Under the pieces are notes generated by a model. The model did not search any database and was not told the origin of the DNA. It was given only the letters and a program-made list of their open reading frames with translations. A program made the position numbers and the translations under genes. A stretch of 63,814 nucleotides of DNA, the filler included, from Lama guanicoe (lineage: Eukaryota), in NCBI GenBank assembly GCA_013239625.1. It is 195 parts of 195 records of this genome, joined end to end, with 100 filler letters (N's around TTAATTAATTAA, not from the genome) between each part and the next. Parts side by side here need not be neighbours in the genome. Positions count along the whole stretch, not along the records: positions 48,500 to 48,727 come from PNXV01043007.1; positions 48,828 to 49,055 come from PNXV01043008.1; positions 49,156 to 49,383 come from PNXV01043009.1; positions 49,484 to 49,711 come from PNXV01043010.1; positions 49,812 to 50,039 come from PNXV01043011.1; positions 50,140 to 50,367 come from PNXV01043012.1; positions 50,468 to 50,695 come from PNXV01043013.1; positions 50,796 to 51,023 come from PNXV01043014.1; 187 more parts are not named here. One strand, 5' to 3'. The first letter of the stretch is position 1, and each line of letters starts with the position of its first letter. This document shows, piece by piece, positions 48,400-58,485 of this stretch.

Positions 48400-49483
48400 N
48401 NNNNNNNNNNNNNNNNNNNNNNNNNNNNNNNNNNNNNNNNNNNTTAATTAATTAANNNNNNNNNNNNNNNNNNNNNNNNNNNNNNNNNNNNNNNNNNNNA
48501 GTCATACATGAATATACATATATTTATTTTCATATTCTTTTTCACCGTCAGCTACTACAAGTATTGTCCTTGTAAGAGAGCTGATTTAACCCCAGAAATG
48601 TCACATTTCCATAGACCCTTGAAATTCCTCATGCTGAAAGCTAGGGGTAGCTTGAGAGATAGGATTGAAAAATAATCACTTGTCTAAAGAAGGGAAGAGG
48701 GGAGAACAGGATTTTCTTCCGTATTCCNNNNNNNNNNNNNNNNNNNNNNNNNNNNNNNNNNNNNNNNNNNNTTAATTAATTAANNNNNNNNNNNNNNNNN
48801 NNNNNNNNNNNNNNNNNNNNNNNNNNNTATGTGCACCCGATGGCAGTAACCAAACCAGAAACTGCTTTCCTCCATTGTGGTGTTAGCAGAATTTTTGCTA
48901 TATCTTTTATCGTGTGTTCATATAATGTGCGGAAATGTAATGAGGCTTTCTAGGATATTGTTTTTCTACTCCTCAAAGAGTCATTAAAAGTGAAAATGCT
49001 TTGTTTCAGACAAAGAAGTTTCAATATAAAGCCTGTAGTTCTGAACTTGAATTGTNNNNNNNNNNNNNNNNNNNNNNNNNNNNNNNNNNNNNNNNNNNNT
49101 TAATTAATTAANNNNNNNNNNNNNNNNNNNNNNNNNNNNNNNNNNNNNNNNNNNNCATCATTGAGAAAGTCAATTTACTACTTTTTAGAAAAGACGGTTG
49201 GAACCGATAAACTGTAAAAGGACCAAACTGTCTAACCTAGAATGACTACAAGGCAGTTAGACTTTCTGATATCTGTCTGTATCACTGCTGGGAAGATCTG
49301 TGTAATCGTCAATCAACCTGCACTTAGTGGTGTGAATAAGGTTAAGTATTTTCAAAGGTAAAGCAAAGATACTGAGGATGAAANNNNNNNNNNNNNNNNN
49401 NNNNNNNNNNNNNNNNNNNNNNNNNNNTTAATTAATTAANNNNNNNNNNNNNNNNNNNNNNNNNNNNNNNNNNNNNNNNNNNN

Positions 49484-49711
49484 CAAAGAACTAGTTAAAA
49501 TCCTATGATACTGAATCTTTCTCAGATATATACCCAGGAGTGGCAGTGCTGGGCCATATGGTGGTTCTGTTTTTGGGTTTTGGAGACACCTCCATGTGAT
49601 TTTCCATGATGGCTTCTCCAATTTACATTGCCACCAGCGGTGTACAGGGGTTCCCTTTCCCCCTTCCTCGCCAACATGTGGTATCTGTGTTCTTTTTGAT
49701 GATGGCCGTTC
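49484..49711 (-). mobile_element. LINE-1 ORF2 fragment
   Basis: Minus-strand PPYGPALPLLGIY corresponds to L1 LPYDPAIPLLGIY. Confidence 0.9.
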
Positions 49712-50795
49712 NNNNNNNNNNNNNNNNNNNNNNNNNNNNNNNNNNNNNNNNNNNNTTAATTAATTAANNNNNNNNNNNNNNNNNNNNNNNNNNNNNNNNN
49801 NNNNNNNNNNNTGTGTAGAACAAGCAGGAGTTAAAACAGTAGAAAAGAATCCAGCCTGGACGGCCAAGAAGGGAAGAAGAGAAAGAGGTTGGCAGGGAAG
49901 AGGGAGTCGACGGGGGTCAGTGTGGCACGTATTCTTGAGGTAGAGACTAGACTTGCTCAGCTGCGGTGGAAACGCGCATGTCAGGAACCGACCGGATGTG
50001 TAAACTGGGAGGAGTGTCACTCACTCACCAAACGCCTGANNNNNNNNNNNNNNNNNNNNNNNNNNNNNNNNNNNNNNNNNNNNTTAATTAATTAANNNNN
50101 NNNNNNNNNNNNNNNNNNNNNNNNNNNNNNNNNNNNNNNTTCCTCTTCCCTCTCCTCACCCTGCGTCTGCACCCAGGTCACTGTTTCCAGGTTCTAACCC
50201 CACGCTGCCAACACAGTTTTATTCTTTTGCAGAGTCAGGAAACGAATTTGTTTGACTTGAACACCCGAGACTCCAACTTACTTGGGACATTTAAGATTGA
50301 AGGTGGATGATGCCTCTACAATGCACAGTCTCGTTTTTTCTTTTTGCTTCTCGGCAACTGGCATGTTNNNNNNNNNNNNNNNNNNNNNNNNNNNNNNNNN
50401 NNNNNNNNNNNTTAATTAATTAANNNNNNNNNNNNNNNNNNNNNNNNNNNNNNNNNNNNNNNNNNNNTTTATCAAAATTTATAATTCCTTTTATTAGTAT
50501 AGCACACCTCACTTTGTTTTTAAAGGGTAGAGTTTTGTATTTGTAAACTTTCACCTGAAGCAACAAACTCCATTTGCTAATTTTCGATAAGTTAAAGACC
50601 TAATACATACTCAGAATCACCAGGAAGCATCTCATCGTCTTTAATGGGGAAATAGTATATTCTTGTTATTGCATTTGCCCTGGGTTTCTGCCTGGNNNNN
50701 NNNNNNNNNNNNNNNNNNNNNNNNNNNNNNNNNNNNNNNTTAATTAATTAANNNNNNNNNNNNNNNNNNNNNNNNNNNNNNNNNNNNNNNNNNNN

Positions 50796-51023
50796 ACATA
50801 ATGCTCAAGGGATCAATCCAAGAAGAGGATATAACAATTGTGTGTGTGTGTGTCTGTGTACATTCATACACATGCACCCATCATAGGAGCACCTTAATAT
50901 ATAAAGCAGTTGTTGAACAGATATAAAAGCAGAAATCAACAATAACAAAATAATAGTGGGGGACCTTAACACTGCACTTACATCGATGGACAGATCATCT
51001 AAACAGAAATCAATAAGGAAACA
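50796..51023 (+). mobile_element. LINE-1 endonuclease fragment interrupted by (TG)n
   Basis: IMLKGSIQEEDITIV-(TG)n-HAPIIGAP*YIKQ...IIVGDLNTALTSMDRSSKQK. Confidence 0.93.
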
Positions 51024-51123
51024 NNNNNNNNNNNNNNNNNNNNNNNNNNNNNNNNNNNNNNNNNNNNTTAATTAATTAANNNNNNNNNNNNNNNNNNNNN
51101 NNNNNNNNNNNNNNNNNNNNNNN

Positions 51124-51351
51124 TCCCGCGGCCCGGACGCGGCGGCGGAGCCGGCCCCGCTGGGGAAGGGATCGGGGCGGCGGCGGGCGGCCCGGAGGAG
51201 GCTGCGTGCTCGGGGCTGGGGCTGCGAGCGGGGTGATTGTGTATTAAAATGAGGAGGAGGAAGAAGAGGCAGCCACAGCGGCGGCGGCGGCGGCAGCAGC
51301 AGCAGCGGCGGCAGCAGCGGCGCGGAGAGCAGCAGCCCGGGCGGACGCGCG
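51124..51351 (+). promoter_or_regulatory. CpG island / probable 5' UTR with GCG/GCA triplet repeat
   Basis: GC-rich, with a mixed (GCG)n/(GCA)n tract at about 51277-51320. Confidence 0.65.
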
Positions 51352-52107
51352 NNNNNNNNNNNNNNNNNNNNNNNNNNNNNNNNNNNNNNNNNNNNTTAAT
51401 TAATTAANNNNNNNNNNNNNNNNNNNNNNNNNNNNNNNNNNNNNNNNNNNNGGTGCCTGGGTGGCAGCCCCTGAGGAGGGTGGGAGCCGGGAGAGGCCTG
51501 AAAACGTTGTTACCACTTCTGAGAATGCTTCCTGTGGCGTGAGGATGCTTTTCAGCAATTTTCGTCACTGTTAGAATCAGTTGCAAACGTTTCACTGTAT
51601 TGTTGCAGCAACACAGAGCCCAGGAGGTTCTGCTGAGTCACACGTGTGGGGTCCACTTTGGGGGCACGTGGCTCTGCCTNNNNNNNNNNNNNNNNNNNNN
51701 NNNNNNNNNNNNNNNNNNNNNNNTTAATTAATTAANNNNNNNNNNNNNNNNNNNNNNNNNNNNNNNNNNNNNNNNNNNNGCTTGACGCTCCTACTGCTCC
51801 CCAAGTGGGGTTCACAGCCCGAGCCTCGTCGCGGCCGGGGCGACGTGACCCCGACGTGACCAGCATGTGCCGCAGCGCCTGCGTCTCCTTCCGCCGGTTA
51901 AGCCCCGGCCGCAGCCGCACAGCACACACTACCTGGCTCGTCCGCTTGTCCACCCACCTGTGTGGGTCGTGCATGCAGTGCGTTTCTTAATTTTTTAATA
52001 TATATAANNNNNNNNNNNNNNNNNNNNNNNNNNNNNNNNNNNNNNNNNNNNTTAATTAATTAANNNNNNNNNNNNNNNNNNNNNNNNNNNNNNNNNNNNN
52101 NNNNNNN

Positions 52108-52335
52108 CTAATCCAAACCCACTGGTGTCCTTACAGAAAGGGGAAATTTGCACGCAGACTCACATCTTGGGAAGATGAGAGAGAGGTTGGAGCAAACCAT
52201 CTGCAGACTAAGGAACGCCAAAGACCGCCGGCAAACCACCAGAAGCCAGGAAGGACACATGGACAGATGCTCCTTCACAGCCCTGGGAAGAAACCAACCT
52301 GCCAACACCTTGATCTTGGACTTCCAGCCTCCAGA
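52108..52335 (+). mobile_element. MaLR LTR (MLT1C/D-like)
   Basis: CTAATCCAA..ACTGGTGTCCTTA...AAGGAACGCCAAAG..GCCGGCAAACCACCAGAAGC...CCTGCCAACACCTTGATCTTGGACTTCCAGCCTCCAGA. Confidence 0.9.
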
Positions 52336-52435
52336 NNNNNNNNNNNNNNNNNNNNNNNNNNNNNNNNNNNNNNNNNNNNTTAATTAATTAANNNNNNNNN
52401 NNNNNNNNNNNNNNNNNNNNNNNNNNNNNNNNNNN

Positions 52436-52663
52436 ATAAGGGAGAAAGCAGAAAAGAGTGTCCGCTCTCCAAGGACTTTCAGGGAAGGTTTTAAAGGTGG
52501 TTGTGAGGGAAGCGGCCACCGGGTGCCTGATCAGCTTATGCTCTGTTCTTGGACTGGTTGGCATCAAGGTGAAGTTTCCAGCACCATCAACCTTCTAGTT
52601 TCAACCAGTCTGGAGTCTGCGTGCTTGTAGTCAGCAGTTTGCATCTGGTGGGGGTCTGCTTCC
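52436..52663 (-). mobile_element. ERV1 LTR fragment (MER41-like), copy A
   Basis: TGGTTGGCATCAAGGTGAAGTTT...CATCAACCTTCT.GTTTCAACCAGTCTGG.GTCT resembles MER41-like LTRs. Confidence 0.6.
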
Positions 52664-52763
52664 NNNNNNNNNNNNNNNNNNNNNNNNNNNNNNNNNNNNN
52701 NNNNNNNTTAATTAATTAANNNNNNNNNNNNNNNNNNNNNNNNNNNNNNNNNNNNNNNNNNNN

Positions 52764-52991
52764 ATAAGGGAGAAAGCAGAAAAGAGTGTCCGCTCTCCAA
52801 GGACTTTCAGGGGAAGTTTTAAAGGCAGTTGTGAGGGAGGCGGCCACCGGGTGCCTGATCAGCTTATGCTCTGTTCTCGGACTGGTTGGCATCAAGGTGA
52901 AGTTTCCAGCACCATCCACCTTCTAGTTGCAACCAGTCTGGGGTCTGCGTGCTTGTAGTCAGCAGTTTGCATCTGGTGGGGGTCTGCTTCC
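52764..52991 (-). mobile_element. ERV1 LTR fragment (MER41-like), copy B
   Basis: Nine substitutions from copy A, with identical boundaries. Confidence 0.6.
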
Positions 52992-53529
52992 NNNNNNNNN
53001 NNNNNNNNNNNNNNNNNNNNNNNNNNNNNNNNNNNTTAATTAATTAANNNNNNNNNNNNNNNNNNNNNNNNNNNNNNNNNNNNNNNNNNNNTCATCTGAA
53101 CAATTCAGAAGGGACAATCTGCCCTTCGGGAAAAGCGGGTCCGGCAGCCCCGGGGCCCGGTTCTCTAGCGGCTGCTGACAGCGAGCCCACTGGGGAACTG
53201 CCTGCTTCTTCATTTTGAACTTTGAGTGCCCTTGTTGCCCGTGCCTGCTGGCCTCAGGGTAAGCCTGGGCTTGGGAGCCCGCTGGGTTCTGTTTTATCTG
53301 CTCCGCGTTAGCAGTACCANNNNNNNNNNNNNNNNNNNNNNNNNNNNNNNNNNNNNNNNNNNNTTAATTAATTAANNNNNNNNNNNNNNNNNNNNNNNNN
53401 NNNNNNNNNNNNNNNNNNNGCATTAGACTCAGGATGGGGACACTCCCTGTGGCTTCACACGGAGGGAGGTGCAAGAAAAGCGGGTGACTGGAAGCTGCAA
53501 GGGGAAAATGCAGATGTTGCTGCCAGAGG

Positions 53530-53647
53530 ACATCCTCACGCTTCAGTCTACGTGAAGGGCTGCTCCGATGGCGGGGATGAGGGCAAACATCTGTTCTCCA
53601 TCTCCACTGAATAGGACCCAAGAGTGTTACCTTAAATGGCAAGGAGA
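53530..53647 (+). mobile_element. Ancient CR1/L3 LINE 3' fragment
   Basis: TGAAGGGCTG...CTGTTCTCCATCTCCACTGAATAGGACCCAAGAG...CTTAAATGGCA resembles the CR1 'LF..S...RTRG..LKL' region. Confidence 0.55.
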
Positions 53648-55387
53648 NNNNNNNNNNNNNNNNNNNNNNNNNNNNNNNNNNNNNNNNNNNNTTAATTAAT
53701 TAANNNNNNNNNNNNNNNNNNNNNNNNNNNNNNNNNNNNNNNNNNNNCGCATAACAGTCCAAACCTGAGTGGTAGACATTGACACTCTCCTGGTCTAACT
53801 CTGGAGGCCGGAAGGCATGGGGTTGGCAGCTGGTCAGATGGACCCGTCTGTGCAGATGGTGGGGAGCAAGGAAGGAAACCTAGGAGGGTCAGGGTGGCCT
53901 TCTGCACAACTCTGTCATCTCTGGGAACACACAAGGCCTGAAGGAGATAACACCTTAACTGTGATCAGATCGGAANNNNNNNNNNNNNNNNNNNNNNNNN
54001 NNNNNNNNNNNNNNNNNNNTTAATTAATTAANNNNNNNNNNNNNNNNNNNNNNNNNNNNNNNNNNNNNNNNNNNNCCCTTTCTCTGTCCTTTGAGACACA
54101 GCAAGTCATAAACCAAATACCCACTTCCTCCAACCCTTCTCCCCTCCCCTGTCCCACACGCCCTCTTGGGCAGGGTGAGGAAGCCGCAGAGAAAGGCCAG
54201 CTTGGTTGGCAAGTCAGATCCCCTAGTATGAGAACCACAAGGCAGACAGGTGTGGGGGTGCTGGGAGAGGCTCGGTGGAAGGAGCAGTAGGGTCAGTACG
54301 AGGNNNNNNNNNNNNNNNNNNNNNNNNNNNNNNNNNNNNNNNNNNNNTTAATTAATTAANNNNNNNNNNNNNNNNNNNNNNNNNNNNNNNNNNNNNNNNN
54401 NNNCTGTTACACAAGCAACAAAGGCATATTCCCAGCTTCCTGGTTGGCGAAAGGAAAATGGTGCAATTGAGTAAAAGCTAATTAAACCTCCCTTAATTGG
54501 ACTATGGGCAAATTGATGTTTACTTAAGATTTAGTTCTGGAAATTAGTAATGCAAACAGGATTATAAAGAGATTATTTAAAACTTATTCAGAGGATAAAC
54601 TGTTTTCAAACAACCAAATAAAATTAAAAAANNNNNNNNNNNNNNNNNNNNNNNNNNNNNNNNNNNNNNNNNNNNTTAATTAATTAANNNNNNNNNNNNN
54701 NNNNNNNNNNNNNNNNNNNNNNNNNNNNNNNACAGACAGCAAGAACAAACCCTGGAGAAGGAGAGAGGGATCGGTTTTCTCGAGCTGCCACTTTATTTAA
54801 AATGTCCAGCTTTCGAACGAGAATTATGAGACATACAAACAGATGAGAAAGAAAGGTCCACACACAGGGGAGAAAAGCAGTCAATAGAAACTGTCCATGA
54901 GGAAGCCTAACTGGGTGACTTACTAGACAATACCTTTGAATCGACTATTCTAAATATGCNNNNNNNNNNNNNNNNNNNNNNNNNNNNNNNNNNNNNNNNN
55001 NNNTTAATTAATTAANNNNNNNNNNNNNNNNNNNNNNNNNNNNNNNNNNNNNNNNNNNNACCCATGAAGTTACTCAACTGGCCAGTCCTCAGCCTGCTCA
55101 CCTGCCTCACCTTTCCCTCCTGCAGTAACCCCGTGACAGCCCCTGTCCACAGCGCCCTGAGCCTCCGCTCCTGGCCCCGGGCTTCCCCCCGGGGTGTGGC
55201 CCCGCGTGGGGTGCCGGCCCGCCGCCAGTCCGGTGAGTAGACACTGCCTTTTCAATGGCAGTTGTCTCCTGATCTCTTGGCCTTCCTNNNNNNNNNNNNN
55301 NNNNNNNNNNNNNNNNNNNNNNNNNNNNNNNTTAATTAATTAANNNNNNNNNNNNNNNNNNNNNNNNNNNNNNNNNNNNNNNNNNNN

Positions 55388-55614
55388 TTTTATATTCAGT
55401 ATTCTGTAGTATATACACTAAATTCTGTGTTCTGAATTCTATGTTCTAAATTGTGGGATCTGTATTCTGTTTTCCATATACTATATTTTGTGTTCTATAT
55501 TCTATATTGTTTATTCTACATTCTACTTTCCGTATCCTATATTCTAAATGCTGAGTTCTACATTGTATATTCTAAATTCGATACTCAGTATTCTGTATTC
55601 TATATTCTAAATTC
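55388..55614 (-). repeat. Degenerate 7-bp satellite (GAATRYA)n, reverse orientation
   Basis: Reverse complement reads gaattta gaatata gaataca gaatact ... gatccca caattta gaacata gaattca gaacaca. Confidence 0.92.
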
Positions 55615-56371
55615 NNNNNNNNNNNNNNNNNNNNNNNNNNNNNNNNNNNNNNNNNNNNTTAATTAATTAANNNNNNNNNNNNNNNNNNNNNNNNNNNNNN
55701 NNNNNNNNNNNNNNGATTCCAAGACACGCAGCATGCGCAAAGGGACATGCCCCGGTCACCAGGCGTCGTCTCCCGGCTGGCCGCAAAGTGTCCCACCCTG
55801 GCGGGTCCTAGCACATGCACCTTAGCGGCTCCCGCACCCCTCCTGAAGCGCCCCCACTTCGCCCGGGCACCCTCCCCATCTCTCGTGCACACCGACGGCA
55901 CACCACCCTGCACACGCGGAGGTGATGTAAGGTGATCATGGCNNNNNNNNNNNNNNNNNNNNNNNNNNNNNNNNNNNNNNNNNNNNTTAATTAATTAANN
56001 NNNNNNNNNNNNNNNNNNNNNNNNNNNNNNNNNNNNNNNNNNTGTGGGCAGACAGCCTCATGATTCTAAAGACTCATTCACGTATTGGCCCATTCATTCA
56101 AGGCCAATGAACAGGGGTGGAGGTGGTGGGCTCCCACGGGGTGCACAGAGATGGGTCACACACGGCTCCTGACCTTTCTTAGTCTACTAGGAGCATTAAG
56201 TCAAGTGAACCAAGCAGTGTAATGAGAACTCTAATGGAAGCAAAAAGTGAAACAGTGCCCAGGTCAGTGCNNNNNNNNNNNNNNNNNNNNNNNNNNNNNN
56301 NNNNNNNNNNNNNNTTAATTAATTAANNNNNNNNNNNNNNNNNNNNNNNNNNNNNNNNNNNNNNNNNNNNC

Positions 56372-56598
56372 CTCATACGCTTGGACGCCTGGCTCCACAC
56401 ACCTATGTGCTTCCTCCTCAGCCAGCTGTCTCTCATGGACCTGATGTATCTCTCCACTACCGCCCCCAAGATGGTGTTCAACTTCCTCTCCGGCCAGAAA
56501 GGCATCTCCTTCCTGGGATGTGGGGTGCAGTCCTCCTCCTTTCTGACCATGGCGTGTTCTGAAGGCTTGCTCCTGGCTTCCATGGCCTATGATCGTTA
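56372..56598 (+). CDS. Olfactory receptor family 2 (OR2L13-like) fragment, TM2-TM3
   Basis: [75 protein letters not shown] has LHTPM(Y>C), PKM and MAYDR motifs, with no stop in the fragment. Confidence 0.93.
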
Positions 56599-57026
56599 NN
56601 NNNNNNNNNNNNNNNNNNNNNNNNNNNNNNNNNNNNNNNNNNTTAATTAATTAANNNNNNNNNNNNNNNNNNNNNNNNNNNNNNNNNNNNNNNNNNNNTC
56701 TTAGTCATTCTGTCACCTACATGGTGATGATAGAAATCCCAGGAATACGAACACCACGCTAACACGGCACATTCAGAGGAACTAAATAAAAGAAGCCTGT
56801 AGGAAACAGAATGGAATCCCATGGAGAAAAACTTCCTGGTGATTTTGTTTTTAAGATAAAATGAGAAAGGAAGGAGTGTTTGTTAGCAGTGACTACACAG
56901 AGCTCCAGTTGGCTTTCTGGTTTTTTNNNNNNNNNNNNNNNNNNNNNNNNNNNNNNNNNNNNNNNNNNNNTTAATTAATTAANNNNNNNNNNNNNNNNNN
57001 NNNNNNNNNNNNNNNNNNNNNNNNNN

Positions 57027-57254
57027 CAGAAACAGACTCTCAGACATAGAGAACAAACTTGTGGTTACTGGTGGGTAGGGGGACGGGAAGGGATAAATTG
57101 GGAGTTAGAGATTTGCACATACTAACTGATATATATAAAACAGATAAACAACAAGTTCATACTGTACAGTACAGGGAACTAGATTCAATATCTTGTAGTA
57201 ACTTAATGGTGAAAGAGAATATGAAAATGAATATATGTATATTCATGTATGACT
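57027..57254 (+). mobile_element. LINE-1 3' UTR
   Basis: CAGAAACAGACTCTCAGACATAGAGAACAAACTT...GGGATAAATTGGGAGTT.GAGATTTGCA...CAGGGAACTAGATTCAATATCTTGTA. Confidence 0.92.
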
Positions 57255-58369
57255 NNNNNNNNNNNNNNNNNNNNNNNNNNNNNNNNNNNNNNNNNNNNTT
57301 AATTAATTAANNNNNNNNNNNNNNNNNNNNNNNNNNNNNNNNNNNNNNNNNNNNAGAATGGTCATCATCAAAAGGTCTACAAGTAATAAACACTGGAGAG
57401 GGTATGGAGAAAGGGGACCCTCCGGCACTGCGACTTCCTGGTTGTAGGAGCAGATGGTGGGCGATGGTTTGTAGCCAGCACTAGTAACTAGTGGGTCAGC
57501 CCCAGCGCATTGTTTAATATTCCTTAAATTACATCTGCATTTTGCCTCCAACTTCCTCATCAGAAAAACCTGAAGTCTAGTTNNNNNNNNNNNNNNNNNN
57601 NNNNNNNNNNNNNNNNNNNNNNNNNNTTAATTAATTAANNNNNNNNNNNNNNNNNNNNNNNNNNNNNNNNNNNNNNNNNNNNTGTCTTACGTGAAGGGTC
57701 CTCATCATCTGTCTTCAGAGATACAGAAGCTAGTGGTTCAGGTAAAACCTCAGGGAGGGATTGAGAAATCCAAAGCGGGTTGGTTTCACAGACTAACTGG
57801 TCGGACCAGACAACTGAAGTGTGGTCAGAAGCCTGGCTCAATGTCATGCAGACTTAGCGCCCTAAGTGTCCGGTGGGGCCAGTGCTGTTCCCTTTACAGG
57901 CTCTCGTTGGNNNNNNNNNNNNNNNNNNNNNNNNNNNNNNNNNNNNNNNNNNNNTTAATTAATTAANNNNNNNNNNNNNNNNNNNNNNNNNNNNNNNNNN
58001 NNNNNNNNNNGTTATGAGAATGTTAGGTAACTGGAGATAGATTGAGATAGAAACCCATACAAGTAGGCAAAGGGACCTTAAGAGATAAAGGGAACAGATG
58101 AAAGAAAGAAGATAAAGATGCAACACAGAAGAAAAAGACCTCAACCTCTCCAATTTCTGTTCTCTCTTTGTTCAGTTCAGATCTGCTTGAGTTCTCCCTC
58201 CCTCTGCCTCTGTCCAGAAAGTACATCTAAGCAGAGACNNNNNNNNNNNNNNNNNNNNNNNNNNNNNNNNNNNNNNNNNNNNTTAATTAATTAANNNNNN
58301 NNNNNNNNNNNNNNNNNNNNNNNNNNNNNNNNNNNNNNTTGGGCTCAAACTTCTTCCAAAATAAAATCG

Positions 58370-58447
58370 AATATACATATATATATATATAGAGAGAGAG
58401 AATAAAATCGGATATAGATATATAGATATATATCTATATATCTATAT

Positions 58448-58479
<32 letters not shown>

Positions 58480-58485
58480 GTGTAT
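58370..58485. repeat. Compound (TA)n/(GA)n/(CA)n microsatellite
   Basis: Seen directly. A short duplication of AATAAAATCG flanks the first array. Confidence 0.95.
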
